Shown here: piece by piece, positions 9,436 through 19,759 of the stretch
How the letters are laid out: every line of letters begins with the position of its first letter
Numbering within the stretch: the stretch's first letter is position 1
NCBI GenBank assembly: GCA_963781195.1
Contig: CAWAEZ010000016.1
Coordinates: 40,523-104,522, forward strand
Reading direction: 5' to 3'
DNA length: 64,000 nt
Source: an uncultured Alphaproteobacteria bacterium
GTDB taxonomy: Bacteria > Pseudomonadota > Alphaproteobacteria > Rhizobiales > Xanthobacteraceae
Program-made: the position numbers and the translations under genes
The notes under the pieces: model-generated
Database searches by the model: none
Told to the model about the DNA's origin: nothing
The model's input: the letters and a program-made list of their open reading frames with translations, nothing else

Positions 9436-11439
9436 ATGCTGACCAGAACCTCTGCCGCAAAATCGCGTAGTGGCGTCAAGACGCCGGCCAAAAAGAAAAC
9501 GCCGCACAAGAAGCCCGCAGCGAAGATGTCGCTGGCCGAGAAGTCGCCCGCCCAAAAGGCGCCGGCGCGCAAGCCCGCTGCGCACAAGCCGGCCGCACAC
9601 AAGCCGGCTGCGCACAAGCTCGGCGCGCCGAAGCCATCCGCGAAGGCGCCGCGGCCGGCCGCGCTGGGGACGCTGCCGGAATGGGACCTGTCGGCGCTCT
9701 ATCCCGCCATCGGGGCCCCGGAGATCAAGCGCGACCTCGCCCGCGCCGATGCCGAATGCAACACCTTCGAAGAGCGTTACAAGGGCAAGCTCGCCGGGCT
9801 GGCCGCCGGCGCCGAGGGCGGTCGTGCACTCGCCGGCGCCATCAAGGAGCTCGAGGCGATCGACGATCTCATCGGCCGGATCGCCTCGTTTGCGCAACTC
9901 GTCTACACCGGCAACACCACCGATCCGGCCCGCGCCAAGTTCTTCGGCGACGTGCAGGAGCAGCTCACCACGTCGTCGTCGCACCTGTTGTTCTTTTCCT
10001 TGGAACTGAACAAAATTGCGGACGAGGTGCTGGACCGGGCGCTGGCAGACCCCGCCCTCGGCCATTACCGGCCGTGGATCGAGGATGTCCGCAAGGAGAA
10101 ACCCTACCAGCTCGAGGACCGCATCGAGCAGCTGTTCCACGAGAAGTCGGTCACCGGGCAGGCCGCCTGGAACCGCCTGTTCGACGATACCATCGCGAAT
10201 CTGCGCTTCGAGGTCGCCGGCAAGACGCTGGCGATCGAGCCCACGCTCAACCTGCTTCAGGACCGCAGCGGAACGACCCGCAAGGGCGCGGCCGAGGCGC
10301 TCGCCAAGACGTTCCGCGAAAACCTCAGCACCTTCACGCTGATCACCAACACGCTCGCCAAGGACAAGGAGATCTCCGATCGTTGGCGCGGCTTTGCCGA
10401 CATCGCCGACGCCCGGCATCTCGCCAACCGGGTCGAGCGCGAGGTGGTCGAGGCGCTGGTGTCCGCCGTCCGTGCCGCCTATCCGAGGCTGTCGCACCGC
10501 TACTATGCGCTCAAGGCGCGCTGGTTCGGCCGCAAGACGCTGCCGCATTGGGACCGCAACGCGCCGCTCCCCGACGTTCCCATGCGGACAATCCCGTGGG
10601 TCGAGGCAAAAGACACCGTTCTATCGGCCTATGGGGCGTTCTCGCCGCAGATGGCGGACATCGCCGGGCGGTTCTTCACCGAGCGCTGGATCGATGCCCC
10701 GGTGCGGCCGGGCAAGGCGCCGGGCGCCTTCGCCCATCCCACCGTGCCCTCGGCCCACCCCTACATCCTATTGAACTACCAGGGGAAGACGCGAGACGTG
10801 ATGACGCTCGCGCACGAGCTCGGCCACGGCGTCCACCAGGTCCTGGCGGCGCCCAACGGCGCGCTGATGGCGCCGACCCCGCTCACGCTCGCCGAGACCG
10901 CGAGCGTGTTCGGGGAGATGCTGACGTTTCGCCGCCTGCTCGACGCCACCACCAACCCCGCCCAGCGCAAGGCGATGCTCGCCGGCAAGGTCGAGGACAT
11001 GATCAATACGGTGGTGCGGCAGATCGCGTTCTATACCTTCGAGCGCGAGGTCCACAGCGAGCGCCGCAATGGCGAGCTCACGGCAGACCGGCTGTGCGAG
11101 ATCTGGCTGTCGGTGCAGCGCGAAAGCCTCGGCCCGACGATCGACATCAAGCCGGGCTACGAGACCTTCTGGACCTATATCGGCCACTTCATCCACGCCC
11201 CTTTCTACGTGTACGCCTATGCGTTCGGGGATTGCCTGGTGAACTCGCTCTACGCGGTCTACGAAAAGTCGCACCAGGGCTTTGCCGAGCGCTACCTGGA
11301 GATGCTGGCGGCCGGCGGCACCAAGCACCATTCCGAGCTTCTCGCGCCGTTCGGGCTCGACGCCCGCGACCCCGCCTTCTGGCAGGGTGGGCTCGGCATG
11401 ATCGAGCGGATGATCGCCGAGTTGGAGGGGCTGGGGTAG
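9436..11439 (+). CDS. M3-family oligoendopeptidase (PepF-like) with Lys/Pro/Ala pentapeptide-repeat N-terminal extension
   Basis: Zinc motif HELGHGVHQ in a PepF-length body. Start set at MLTRTS (9436); the ORF opens at 9358. Confidence 0.85.
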   Translation: MLTRTSAAKSRSGVKTPAKKKTPHKKPAAKMSLAEKSPAQKAPARKPAAHKPAAHKPAAHKLGAPKPSAKAPRPAALGTLPEWDLSALYPAIGAPEIKRDLARADAECNTFEERYKGKLAGLAAGAEGGRALAGAIKELEAIDDLIGRIASFAQLVYTGNTTDPARAKFFGDVQEQLTTSSSHLLFFSLELNKIADEVLDRALADPALGHYRPWIEDVRKEKPYQLEDRIEQLFHEKSVTGQAAWNRLFDDTIANLRFEVAGKTLAIEPTLNLLQDRSGTTRKGAAEALAKTFRENLSTFTLITNTLAKDKEISDRWRGFADIADARHLANRVEREVVEALVSAVRAAYPRLSHRYYALKARWFGRKTLPHWDRNAPLPDVPMRTIPWVEAKDTVLSAYGAFSPQMADIAGRFFTERWIDAPVRPGKAPGAFAHPTVPSAHPYILLNYQGKTRDVMTLAHELGHGVHQVLAAPNGALMAPTPLTLAETASVFGEMLTFRRLLDATTNPAQRKAMLAGKVEDMINTVVRQIAFYTFEREVHSERRNGELTADRLCEIWLSVQRESLGPTIDIKPGYETFWTYIGHFIHAPFYVYAYAFGDCLVNSLYAVYEKSHQGFAERYLEMLAAGGTKHHSELLAPFGLDARDPAFWQGGLGMIERMIAELEGLG

Positions 11440-11473
11440 GCTCTCGTTATACGGGTTGTTGAACAGCAGCGAC

Positions 11474-11507
11474 CTCCTATGTTATACGCACCGTACAAAC
11501 ATAGGAG
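11474..11507 (+). promoter_or_regulatory. 10-bp perfect inverted repeat overlapping the antitoxin RBS (candidate TA operator)
   Basis: CTCCTATGTT-N14-AACATAGGAG. The right arm contains the AGGAG Shine-Dalgarno of the antitoxin. GTTATACG also occurs twice (11446 and 11481). Confidence 0.45.
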
Positions 11508-11515
11508 ACTCTGTC

Positions 11516-11779
11516 ATGGCCGCTCACGAGAAGATCGATCCCGCCCCGGCGATCGCCACTGTCCAGCTGAAGAAGATCGGCAACTCTACCGGCCTGATCA
11601 TCTCGAAGGAGCTCTTGGCGCGGCTCAACCTGAGCACGGGCGACGAGTTCTGCGTGACGCTCACGCCTGGGGGCGGCCTCCAATTGACGCCCTATGATCT
11701 GAAATTCGAAAAGGCGATGGAGGTCGCGCGGCGCGGCATGAAGGTTTACCGCAATGCGCTCGCCGAACTCGCCAAATGA
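11516..11779 (+). CDS. AbrB/MazE/SpoVT-fold antitoxin
   Basis: 87-aa product starting MAAHEKID after an AGGAG RBS. Has a swapped-hairpin-type motif (LKKIGNSTGLIISKELLARLNL) and overlaps the toxin start by 4 nt (ATGA). Confidence 0.75.
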   Translation: MAAHEKIDPAPAIATVQLKKIGNSTGLIISKELLARLNLSTGDEFCVTLTPGGGLQLTPYDLKFEKAMEVARRGMKVYRNALAELAK

Positions 11780-12162
11780 ACGAGCCGTTTTGGCTGACCG
11801 TCGCGATGATCGTCGCCATCCACGACGAGCAGCTGGTGAGGCACGGCGGCGCGGCCGGGCTCCGCGATCATACCTTGCTTGAATCCGCGCTCGATCGTCC
11901 GCGCAACAAGTGGGCGTATGAGCAAGCGGAGCTTCCTGAGCTTGCGGCTGCCTACGGGTATGGGATGGCGCGCAACCACCCGTTTGTCGACGGCAATAAG
12001 CGCACCGCGCTGCTCGCGATCTACACGTTTCTTGGTGTCAACGATGTGGATTTCATCGTGCCCGAGGCCGATGCCGCAGCCATGATCCTCGCGCTCGCCG
12101 CCGGCGAGGTGAGCGAAGAAAACCTCGCGCGCTGGATCAGGGACAACTGGCCAAAGGCGTAG
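11776..12162 (+). CDS. doc: type II toxin, death-on-curing (Doc, Fic-fold) family
   Basis: 128 aa with the Doc/Fic motif HPFVDGNKRTA and the usual N-terminal IHDEQL..GG region. Confidence 0.9.
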   Translation: MNEPFWLTVAMIVAIHDEQLVRHGGAAGLRDHTLLESALDRPRNKWAYEQAELPELAAAYGYGMARNHPFVDGNKRTALLAIYTFLGVNDVDFIVPEADAAAMILALAAGEVSEENLARWIRDNWPKA

Positions 12163-12383
12163 CGCCCGCTTCGCGACGCCTTCGTGCTCGGGCACATGGC
12201 CCACGGGCACCGGTCCCACGCGGGTAATTCCCCACGGGGCCCCACCGGCGGTGGACCTGACGCAGCCGAGTCGCCCATTCGCCAAACCTTGGCTCGTTGC
12301 TCTTCCCTTCACGCGATCCGTCAATAAGTCACCTATGATGCTGCGGCCTCCGGGATCCGGATCGCGCGTTTGGAGAATGTTCG

Positions 12384-13748
12384 TTGTCCGACCTCGAAAG
12401 AAACCGGTTCTCGGCCCGCGCCGCGCGCTACGCCCGCGTCGGTGCCAATGTCGGCGGGGTCGCCGCCCGGATTGCCGCGACCCGGCTGATGGGCGGCGAG
12501 CATGGTCGCGCCCGCGGCGCAGCCGAACTCGCCGCGGCGCTCGGCGGCCTCAAGGGTCCGATCATGAAGGTCGCCCAGCTGATGGCGACCATTCCCGACG
12601 CGCTGCCGCCGGAATACGCCGAGGAGCTCGCCAAGCTGCAGAGCGATGCGCCGCCGATGGGCTGGGCGTTCGTGAAACGGCGGATGATGGCCGAGCTCGG
12701 CGCCGACTGGCGGTCGCGGTTCGAGACCTTCGAGCACCACCCGGCGGCCGCCGCCTCGCTCGGCCAGGTGCACCGGGCGGCCTCGCTCGACGGCGAGGCG
12801 CTCGCCTGCAAACTCCAGTATCCCGACATGCAGTCGGCGGTCGAGGCCGATCTCAAGCAGCTCGAATGGCTGTTCGCCATCCATCGCCGGATGGACCCGG
12901 CGATCGACACCACCGAGATGGCCGACGAGATCGGCGCCCGCATCCGCGAGGAGCTTGATTACGAGCGCGAAGCCAAGCACGTGGCGCTGTACCGCACGAT
13001 CCTCGCCGACACCCCCGAGGTGCGCGTGCCGCGCGCCTTCCCGAAACTGTCGACCCGCCGTCTTTTGACCCTCGATTGGCTGGAGGGCGACAAGCTGCTC
13101 GTCCACAAGGGCGACGAACTCGCCGCGCGCAACCGCCTGGCGGTCGCCATGTTCAAGGCGTGGTGGCACCCCTTCAGCCGCTACGGCGTGATCCACGGTG
13201 ACCCGCACCTCGGCAACTATACCGTCTTCTTGGAGGACGGCAGCCCGCAGGGCATCAACCTGCTCGATTACGGCTGCATCCGCATCTTTCCGCCGAAATT
13301 CGTCGGCGGCGTGGTCGACCTCTATCACGGTCTGCTCGAAGGCAACCGCGACCTCGTGGTCCATGCCTACGAGACCTGGGGGTTCAAGCGCCTGTCGCGG
13401 GAGCTGGTCGACATCCTCAATATCTGGGCGCGCTTCATCTACGGGCCGCTGCTCGACGACCGCGAACGCACCATCGCCGACGGCATCAAGCCGTCCCAGT
13501 ACGGCCGCCGCGAGGCGTTCACGGTCCATCGCGCCCTCAAGGAGAAGGGCCCGGTGCGGGTGCCGCGCGAGTTCGTGTTCATGGACCGGGCCGCGGTCGG
13601 CCTCGGCGGCGTGTTCCTGCACCTCAACGCCAAGCTGAACTACCACCGGCTGTTCAACGAGGCGATCGAGCGGTTTTCGATCGACCAGGTGGCAGCACGA
13701 CAGCGGGCTGCGCTCGAGGGGGCCGGACTCGGCACTGCGCCCGGCTGA
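12384..13748 (+). CDS. ABC1/UbiB/AarF atypical kinase family protein
   Basis: 454 aa with ABC1 signatures (KVAQLMATIPDALPPEYAEEL, ASLGQVHRA, HGDPHLGN). Uses a TTG start after a GGAGA RBS. Confidence 0.85.
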   Translation: MSDLERNRFSARAARYARVGANVGGVAARIAATRLMGGEHGRARGAAELAAALGGLKGPIMKVAQLMATIPDALPPEYAEELAKLQSDAPPMGWAFVKRRMMAELGADWRSRFETFEHHPAAAASLGQVHRAASLDGEALACKLQYPDMQSAVEADLKQLEWLFAIHRRMDPAIDTTEMADEIGARIREELDYEREAKHVALYRTILADTPEVRVPRAFPKLSTRRLLTLDWLEGDKLLVHKGDELAARNRLAVAMFKAWWHPFSRYGVIHGDPHLGNYTVFLEDGSPQGINLLDYGCIRIFPPKFVGGVVDLYHGLLEGNRDLVVHAYETWGFKRLSRELVDILNIWARFIYGPLLDDRERTIADGIKPSQYGRREAFTVHRALKEKGPVRVPREFVFMDRAAVGLGGVFLHLNAKLNYHRLFNEAIERFSIDQVAARQRAALEGAGLGTAPG

Positions 13749-13856
13749 GCCGGGCGAGCGATCCCAGCAGATCTGCGGCGTCGGCGATCGAATGACTCAC
13801 GCCTTCGCGATCACCGGCCTCGGCGTCTCGCACGGACGCCTGCGATCATCGGCGCG

Positions 13857-14312
13857 TCAGAACTTCGCAATCAGCGAAATGCCAGCTACCATCAGGACGG
13901 CCCCGATCATGCGCCAGCCATTGAGGGGATGAGCCTCCATTCCGAACCAACCGAACTTGTCGATTGCGAGCGACATGAGAATGTTCGCCGTGATCGTCAG
14001 GCCGGCAAACGCGCCGGCCCCGACCTTGGTGACGAACAACAGGCCGGCGACGACCGCGACGGCTCCGACCAGGCCGCCGAGCGGAGCCCACCACGGCATC
14101 GCACCGATCCCCGCCAGTGTCGGCAGCGGCCGCGGAACGCACAGCACCAGGCAAATCAGGAAAGCGACGATCGGAAGGAAGGATATCAGGCTGGCCAACC
14201 ACGGATTCGTGACCGCGCCGCGCAGAGCACCGTTCATGGGTGGTCCCCACGCCTGCAGAGCCCCGGCGACGAGAATGATCGGATAAAGCCACATCGTGCC
14301 TAAATCTTGCAT
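13857..14312 (-). CDS. DMT-superfamily small membrane protein (DUF606/YdcZ-like)
   Basis: 151 aa with about 5 TM helices. The start may instead be MWLYP at 14294. Confidence 0.7.
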   Translation of the reverse strand: MQDLGTMWLYPIILVAGALQAWGPPMNGALRGAVTNPWLASLISFLPIVAFLICLVLCVPRPLPTLAGIGAMPWWAPLGGLVGAVAVVAGLLFVTKVGAGAFAGLTITANILMSLAIDKFGWFGMEAHPLNGWRMIGAVLMVAGISLIAKF

Positions 14313-14336
14313 GCGAATAATCCTCGGGTTTTTGGT

Positions 14337-15596
14337 TCAGGGGGACAGCAGGGCGGCGCCGATGGCGAGAACCAGCGCAGGTGGCATCACCAGGACGCCG
14401 AGTTTCAGAAACGTGATGATGCCGACGGTCTGCCCTTCGCGACGAAGCGCCGTCAGCCAGAGAATCGTCGCAAGCGAGCCCGTGACGGAAAGATTCGGCC
14501 CGAGGTCGACGCCGATGACGACGGCACGCGTAACCGGCTCGGAGACGCCCGCGCCTTGCACCGCGTTCCCGGCAATAAGGCCGGCAGGCAGATTGTTCAT
14601 CAGGTTTCCGGCGACCGCGACGATCACGCCGGCGCCCCAGGCGGCCGCGGTCACCGATCGCCCGACCGCGTCATGAAGAAGCGCGGTAATCATTCCGATG
14701 AGGCCGGACTTGTCGAGCGCCTCGACGAGGACGAACAAACCGGCGACGAGAGGCAAAACCCCCCAGGAAATTCCACGAACGATATTCCAAGGCGCCTTTC
14801 GTCCGGCGATCAGGACCAAAGCCGTCGTCGCGGCACCCGACGCAGCGGTAGGGAGTCCAAGCGGGACGTCCATGCCGGACGCGACGAGCAGAACAACGGC
14901 CGTGGCGGCGATGCCCAGCGCGGCCAATTTGCCGGTGCCGGAGAGCCTGGGCACTGGCACGTCCTTCGCCAATCGCCGGCTGAGCGCATCGCGCTGGGTC
15001 CATCGCAGCACGACATACGTGGCGACGATCGACGCTGCCGAAGGAAGCAGATATGCGGGCAGCCATTCCAGCAGCGGCGGCATATGGTGGCCGTAGACGA
15101 CGAGATTGGCAGGGTTGGAGATCGGCAACACGAACGAAGCCGCGTTGGCGATGAAGGCGCATATCAGAAGATAGGGAAGAGGGCGCTCGGCCTCGGCGGT
15201 TTTGACGGCCGCCGCGACGGCGGGCGTCAGGACCACGGCGGTCGCATCGTTCGAGAGGAAGATCGTGACCAGCGTGCCGACACCGAAAGTCAGCAGAAAG
15301 AGCCGGCTCGGCGAGCCTTTGGCGTGGCTTGTCGCCACTGCCGCGAGCCAGTCGAAGAGGCCTTCCTCACGCGCAATCTCGGCGAGGAGCATCATGCCGC
15401 CGAGAAACAGGTAGACGTCGATGCCTTTGACGGCGCCCGCCAGCGCGTCTTGCGGAGTGATCAACCGCAGGGCGAGAAGCAATGCGGCGCCGGCGACCGC
15501 CCAGACCGCCTCCGGCAGCTTGAACGGTTGAAGGATCACACCGCCGGTGGACAGCGCTGCGATGGTCCAGATCATCGCGTTCGGCGACATTTCCAT
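14337..15596 (-). CDS. ArsB/NhaD-superfamily anion permease
   Basis: 419 aa, polytopic. N-terminal half is typical of arsenical-pump/citrate-transporter-like permeases (IDVYLFLGGMMLLAEIAREEGLFDWLA; FLSNDATAVVLTP). Confidence 0.75.
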   Translation of the reverse strand: MEMSPNAMIWTIAALSTGGVILQPFKLPEAVWAVAGAALLLALRLITPQDALAGAVKGIDVYLFLGGMMLLAEIAREEGLFDWLAAVATSHAKGSPSRLFLLTFGVGTLVTIFLSNDATAVVLTPAVAAAVKTAEAERPLPYLLICAFIANAASFVLPISNPANLVVYGHHMPPLLEWLPAYLLPSAASIVATYVVLRWTQRDALSRRLAKDVPVPRLSGTGKLAALGIAATAVVLLVASGMDVPLGLPTAASGAATTALVLIAGRKAPWNIVRGISWGVLPLVAGLFVLVEALDKSGLIGMITALLHDAVGRSVTAAAWGAGVIVAVAGNLMNNLPAGLIAGNAVQGAGVSEPVTRAVVIGVDLGPNLSVTGSLATILWLTALRREGQTVGIITFLKLGVLVMPPALVLAIGAALLSP

Positions 15597-15763
15597 GGCT
15601 GTCTCGTTCGCCTTGCAGACGTGCGACTGCGCGACTCGAAAGTCGGCGGTGCGGCTTGGAGTGATCGTTCGACCGGCACCGGCGACGCCGCCTCGGCTCC
15701 GAGAGGGGTGCGCGCGACGGCCTGCCGATGCCGGCCGAAAGTGTCATCCGTTTCTATCGGGCA

Positions 15764-16477
15764 TCAGCCCCGTGGCGGGCGCGGCGGGGGAGGCCCGAAA
15801 TTGCCGGGACCGCCCGGTCCGGGTTCACCTCTGGGACCTCGTGGACGCGGCGCGAGATCGGTGAGTTGATCGGGCGACCCGCCGATCGCGGCGGCGTCGA
15901 TCACGGTGCCGAGGGCGGTCTTGAGCATCGCACCACGCACGGTCACCGATTGTCCGGGTTGGATCATCGTCTCCAGGCGTGCCGCCTCCGGCGGCGCCAT
16001 TCGAACGATGGTCCCGTTATCGAGCACGGCGCCGTTGGTCTCGCCGCGCTTCCCATGCAACTGAGACGCAATTTTGCCGCTGATTGTCTGCTCGGTGGCG
16101 AACCGGCCGGGGCCGTCCGGAGGTCCGTCGTCGACGACGGAGACGCCGGTGGCAAAGTTCGTCACGGAAGCCGCGTCGATCAGCGGCAGCGCGCGCGCCT
16201 TCAGTCCGCAAATCGTGACGGCATCCCCGGGCCGGACCGCGAAGACGATCTGGCTGGTCAGGTGCGGAGGCAGCGTCACCTCGGTGCCGTCATTCAAAAT
16301 CAGCCCGTCGACATCGCCGCGCGGCGTCAACGCATACTGTTTGACGACCCCCTTTGTTTCCGGGAGCTGCGAGGCGTCCCAAAGCGAGCCCGCGTTTTGC
16401 GAGTAAGCCGTTGCACCGATTCCGATTGCGGTTGCCGCGAGAAGGGCGCCGAGCAGCGCCTTCGATGGGGCGGTCAT
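15764..16477 (-). CDS. secreted protein with two ~60-aa internal repeats and a Pro/Gly-rich tail, function unknown
   Basis: Start taken at MTAPSK, which has a signal peptide. The ORF opens at 16543, but that part overlaps the sigma-54 promoter. The repeats share G..V....L.DGT.V..PP........PG..V.V.G. Confidence 0.6.
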   Translation of the reverse strand: MTAPSKALLGALLAATAIGIGATAYSQNAGSLWDASQLPETKGVVKQYALTPRGDVDGLILNDGTEVTLPPHLTSQIVFAVRPGDAVTICGLKARALPLIDAASVTNFATGVSVVDDGPPDGPGRFATEQTISGKIASQLHGKRGETNGAVLDNGTIVRMAPPEAARLETMIQPGQSVTVRGAMLKTALGTVIDAAAIGGSPDQLTDLAPRPRGPRGEPGPGGPGNFGPPPPRPPRG

Positions 16478-16524
16478 GTCTTTTCTCCTCAAGAGCGGGC
16501 GTTCGTTCGCCCATGGCCACCTGT

Positions 16525-16542
16525 GCAGCAGGCCTCGTGCCA
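16525..16542 (-). promoter_or_regulatory. sigma-54 (-24/-12) promoter
   Basis: The minus strand reads TGGCACGAGGCCTGCTGC, against the consensus TGGCACG-N4-TTGCW, with the correct GG-N10-GC spacing. It sits about 48 nt upstream of the ATG at 16477, in the gap after the EBP gene. Confidence 0.6.
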
Positions 16543-16589
16543 TCTCTCGAGGGACTGAAAGTATTGAAGTTTAATCAGAACGACGCGCG

Positions 16590-17944
<1,355 letters not shown>

Positions 17945-17960
<16 letters not shown>

Positions 17961-19405
17961 GGCAATACGATCTCGAATGTCGCGCCGTTCACGCCAGACG
18001 CGGCCCGAACCTCACCGCCATGGGCGCGCGCGATCTCGCGGACGATCGCGAGCCCGAGACCCGTTCCGTCCGGCCGCCCGGTGACGAAGGGTTCAAACAA
18101 CCGATCCCGGATGTCGTCCGGAATTCCTGGCCCGGTGTCGTGGACGCGAAATATGATACGGCCGTCGCAACTCTCCGCTTCCACTCTCACCGTTCCGCCG
18201 CAGGGCGTGTTCTGGATTGCGTTGAGGATGAGATTATCGAGGGCGCGGTGAAGCTGCTCGGTATCCAACAATACCGGCGGGATCGTCGCACCGCCTTCCG
18301 CCATCTTCAATGACACCCCCTTGCTGGCTGCAAATTCACGATGCGGCTCAATGGTTCCCTCGAGGAACGCCGCGAGATCGGTGGGAGCCGGCTTGGCGTG
18401 CCTCTGCTGAGTCATCGCCAACAGGTCGCGAAGCAATAAATCCAGTCGTCCCACCTGTTGGAGGATCGCCGTCAGGGCCGACTTGCGGCGTTCGTCGTCG
18501 CCCGCGAGAGCATTCTCGGCCTTGAGCCGCATCGCAGCGATTGGATTGCGAATTTCGTGCGCGAGCCCGGCGGTGAGACGCCCGACCGCGGCAAGCCGTT
18601 CGGCGGCTGCGGCGCGGCGGCGCTCCTGCGCCAGCCGCACACCCAGCGTGTTGAGCGCATCGACGAGCCGGTCGAGTTCGCGCTCCCCGGTGGTCGGTAA
18701 CGCCGGCAGATCCGCTTGGCCGGCCTGATGACTGCCGAGCGCAGCCTCGAGCCGCATAATCCTGCGCGACCACGAATAAAGAATGATGCCGAGCCAGATC
18801 GCCGACCCGAGAACCGTCAGGGCGAGCACCCCGAGGCCCGTCAGCAACTGATTGTAGGCGCGTCCCTGGCCCGCGAAGACGCGCGTCATCGTCCAACCGG
18901 TTACGCCCGCGAGCGGCCCGGACAGCGGGCACGCATGGACCACGAGCACCTGCGATTGGCCCGTCTGCCGGACGGTGACGGACCGGTCGCTGCTCAGCGC
19001 ATCGGCATTGACCTGACGAATGGTGGAAATCTCCGCTTGCGGGATATCCGTCTTGGGGCCCGTGCCCTCGTAACTCGGAAATGCATAGGCTAGAGAGCCC
19101 TGATCCACCTGCCACAACCCGCCTTCGACGCCCGGCGCACGAGACAACGCGGCCGCGACGACGCCGACCAGCTCGCGCTTGAGAACATCATCGATGTCGC
19201 CCGAACCCACGCCGCGCCAGCCGGACACGAAAAACGCGTAGCGGTCGCCGAGTTCGCGGCAAGACCGCGCAACGGCATCCTCCGCGCGGCCGACGACGGC
19301 ATTGGTCGATTGCTGGTAGAACTCGATAAGCAGAAGCGCCGTCACCGCGCCGCAAACGGCGAGCATCAGCCAAAGCGCCAGCAGACGGGTCCGCAGAGAT
19401 CGCAT
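17945..19405 (-). CDS. sensor histidine kinase (two TM helices, periplasmic domain, HisKA-HATPase)
   Basis: Start chosen at MRSLRTRLLALW, preceded by GGGAGAGG; 19483 is an alternative. H-box is LAHEIRNPIAAM, with N and G boxes present. Overlaps the regulator start by 16 nt. The ORF extension to 20047 is not protein-like. Confidence 0.85.
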
Positions 19406-19490
19406 CCTCTCCCATATAGGGCGCGACCCTCCCGGTACGCCAGCCGGTGCGGAGGATCCGGACCAGATCGGTTTGCGGCCCATTTGAACA

Positions 19491-19620
19491 CCACGGTCGA
19501 AGACCGCCAGAGGCATGGTCGAAGACCGCAGAAAGCCGTGGTCGAAGACCACAGAGAACCATGGTCGAAGACCACAGAGAACCATGGTCGAAGACCACAG
19601 AGAACCATGTCGATGACCGC
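19491..19620. repeat. tandem repeat, 23-bp unit GGTCGAAGACCACAGAGAACCAT, 5 copies plus a degenerate sixth
   Basis: The GGTCGAAGACC core starts at 19495, 19517, 19540, 19563 and 19586. The three copies spanning 19540-19608 are identical. A degenerate copy lies at 19609. Confidence 0.9.
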
Positions 19621-19759
19621 GGTGCCGGTTGCCGAAGCCGCCAGCTCCTGGCTTCGCCCAAGGGCGTTGCCCGCCATAATTCCCCGTTCCAGATTGCCCT
19701 TGCCGCGCAATTGCGCTAAGCCCCAAAGCCATTCCGGGTGCAGCACGTTGGAGGGATTG

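Noticed and set aside
19491-19620. Whether the tandem repeat array is a CRISPR array.
   Set aside because: The units are directly adjacent with no unique spacers, the unit is only 23 bp, and no cas genes are present.
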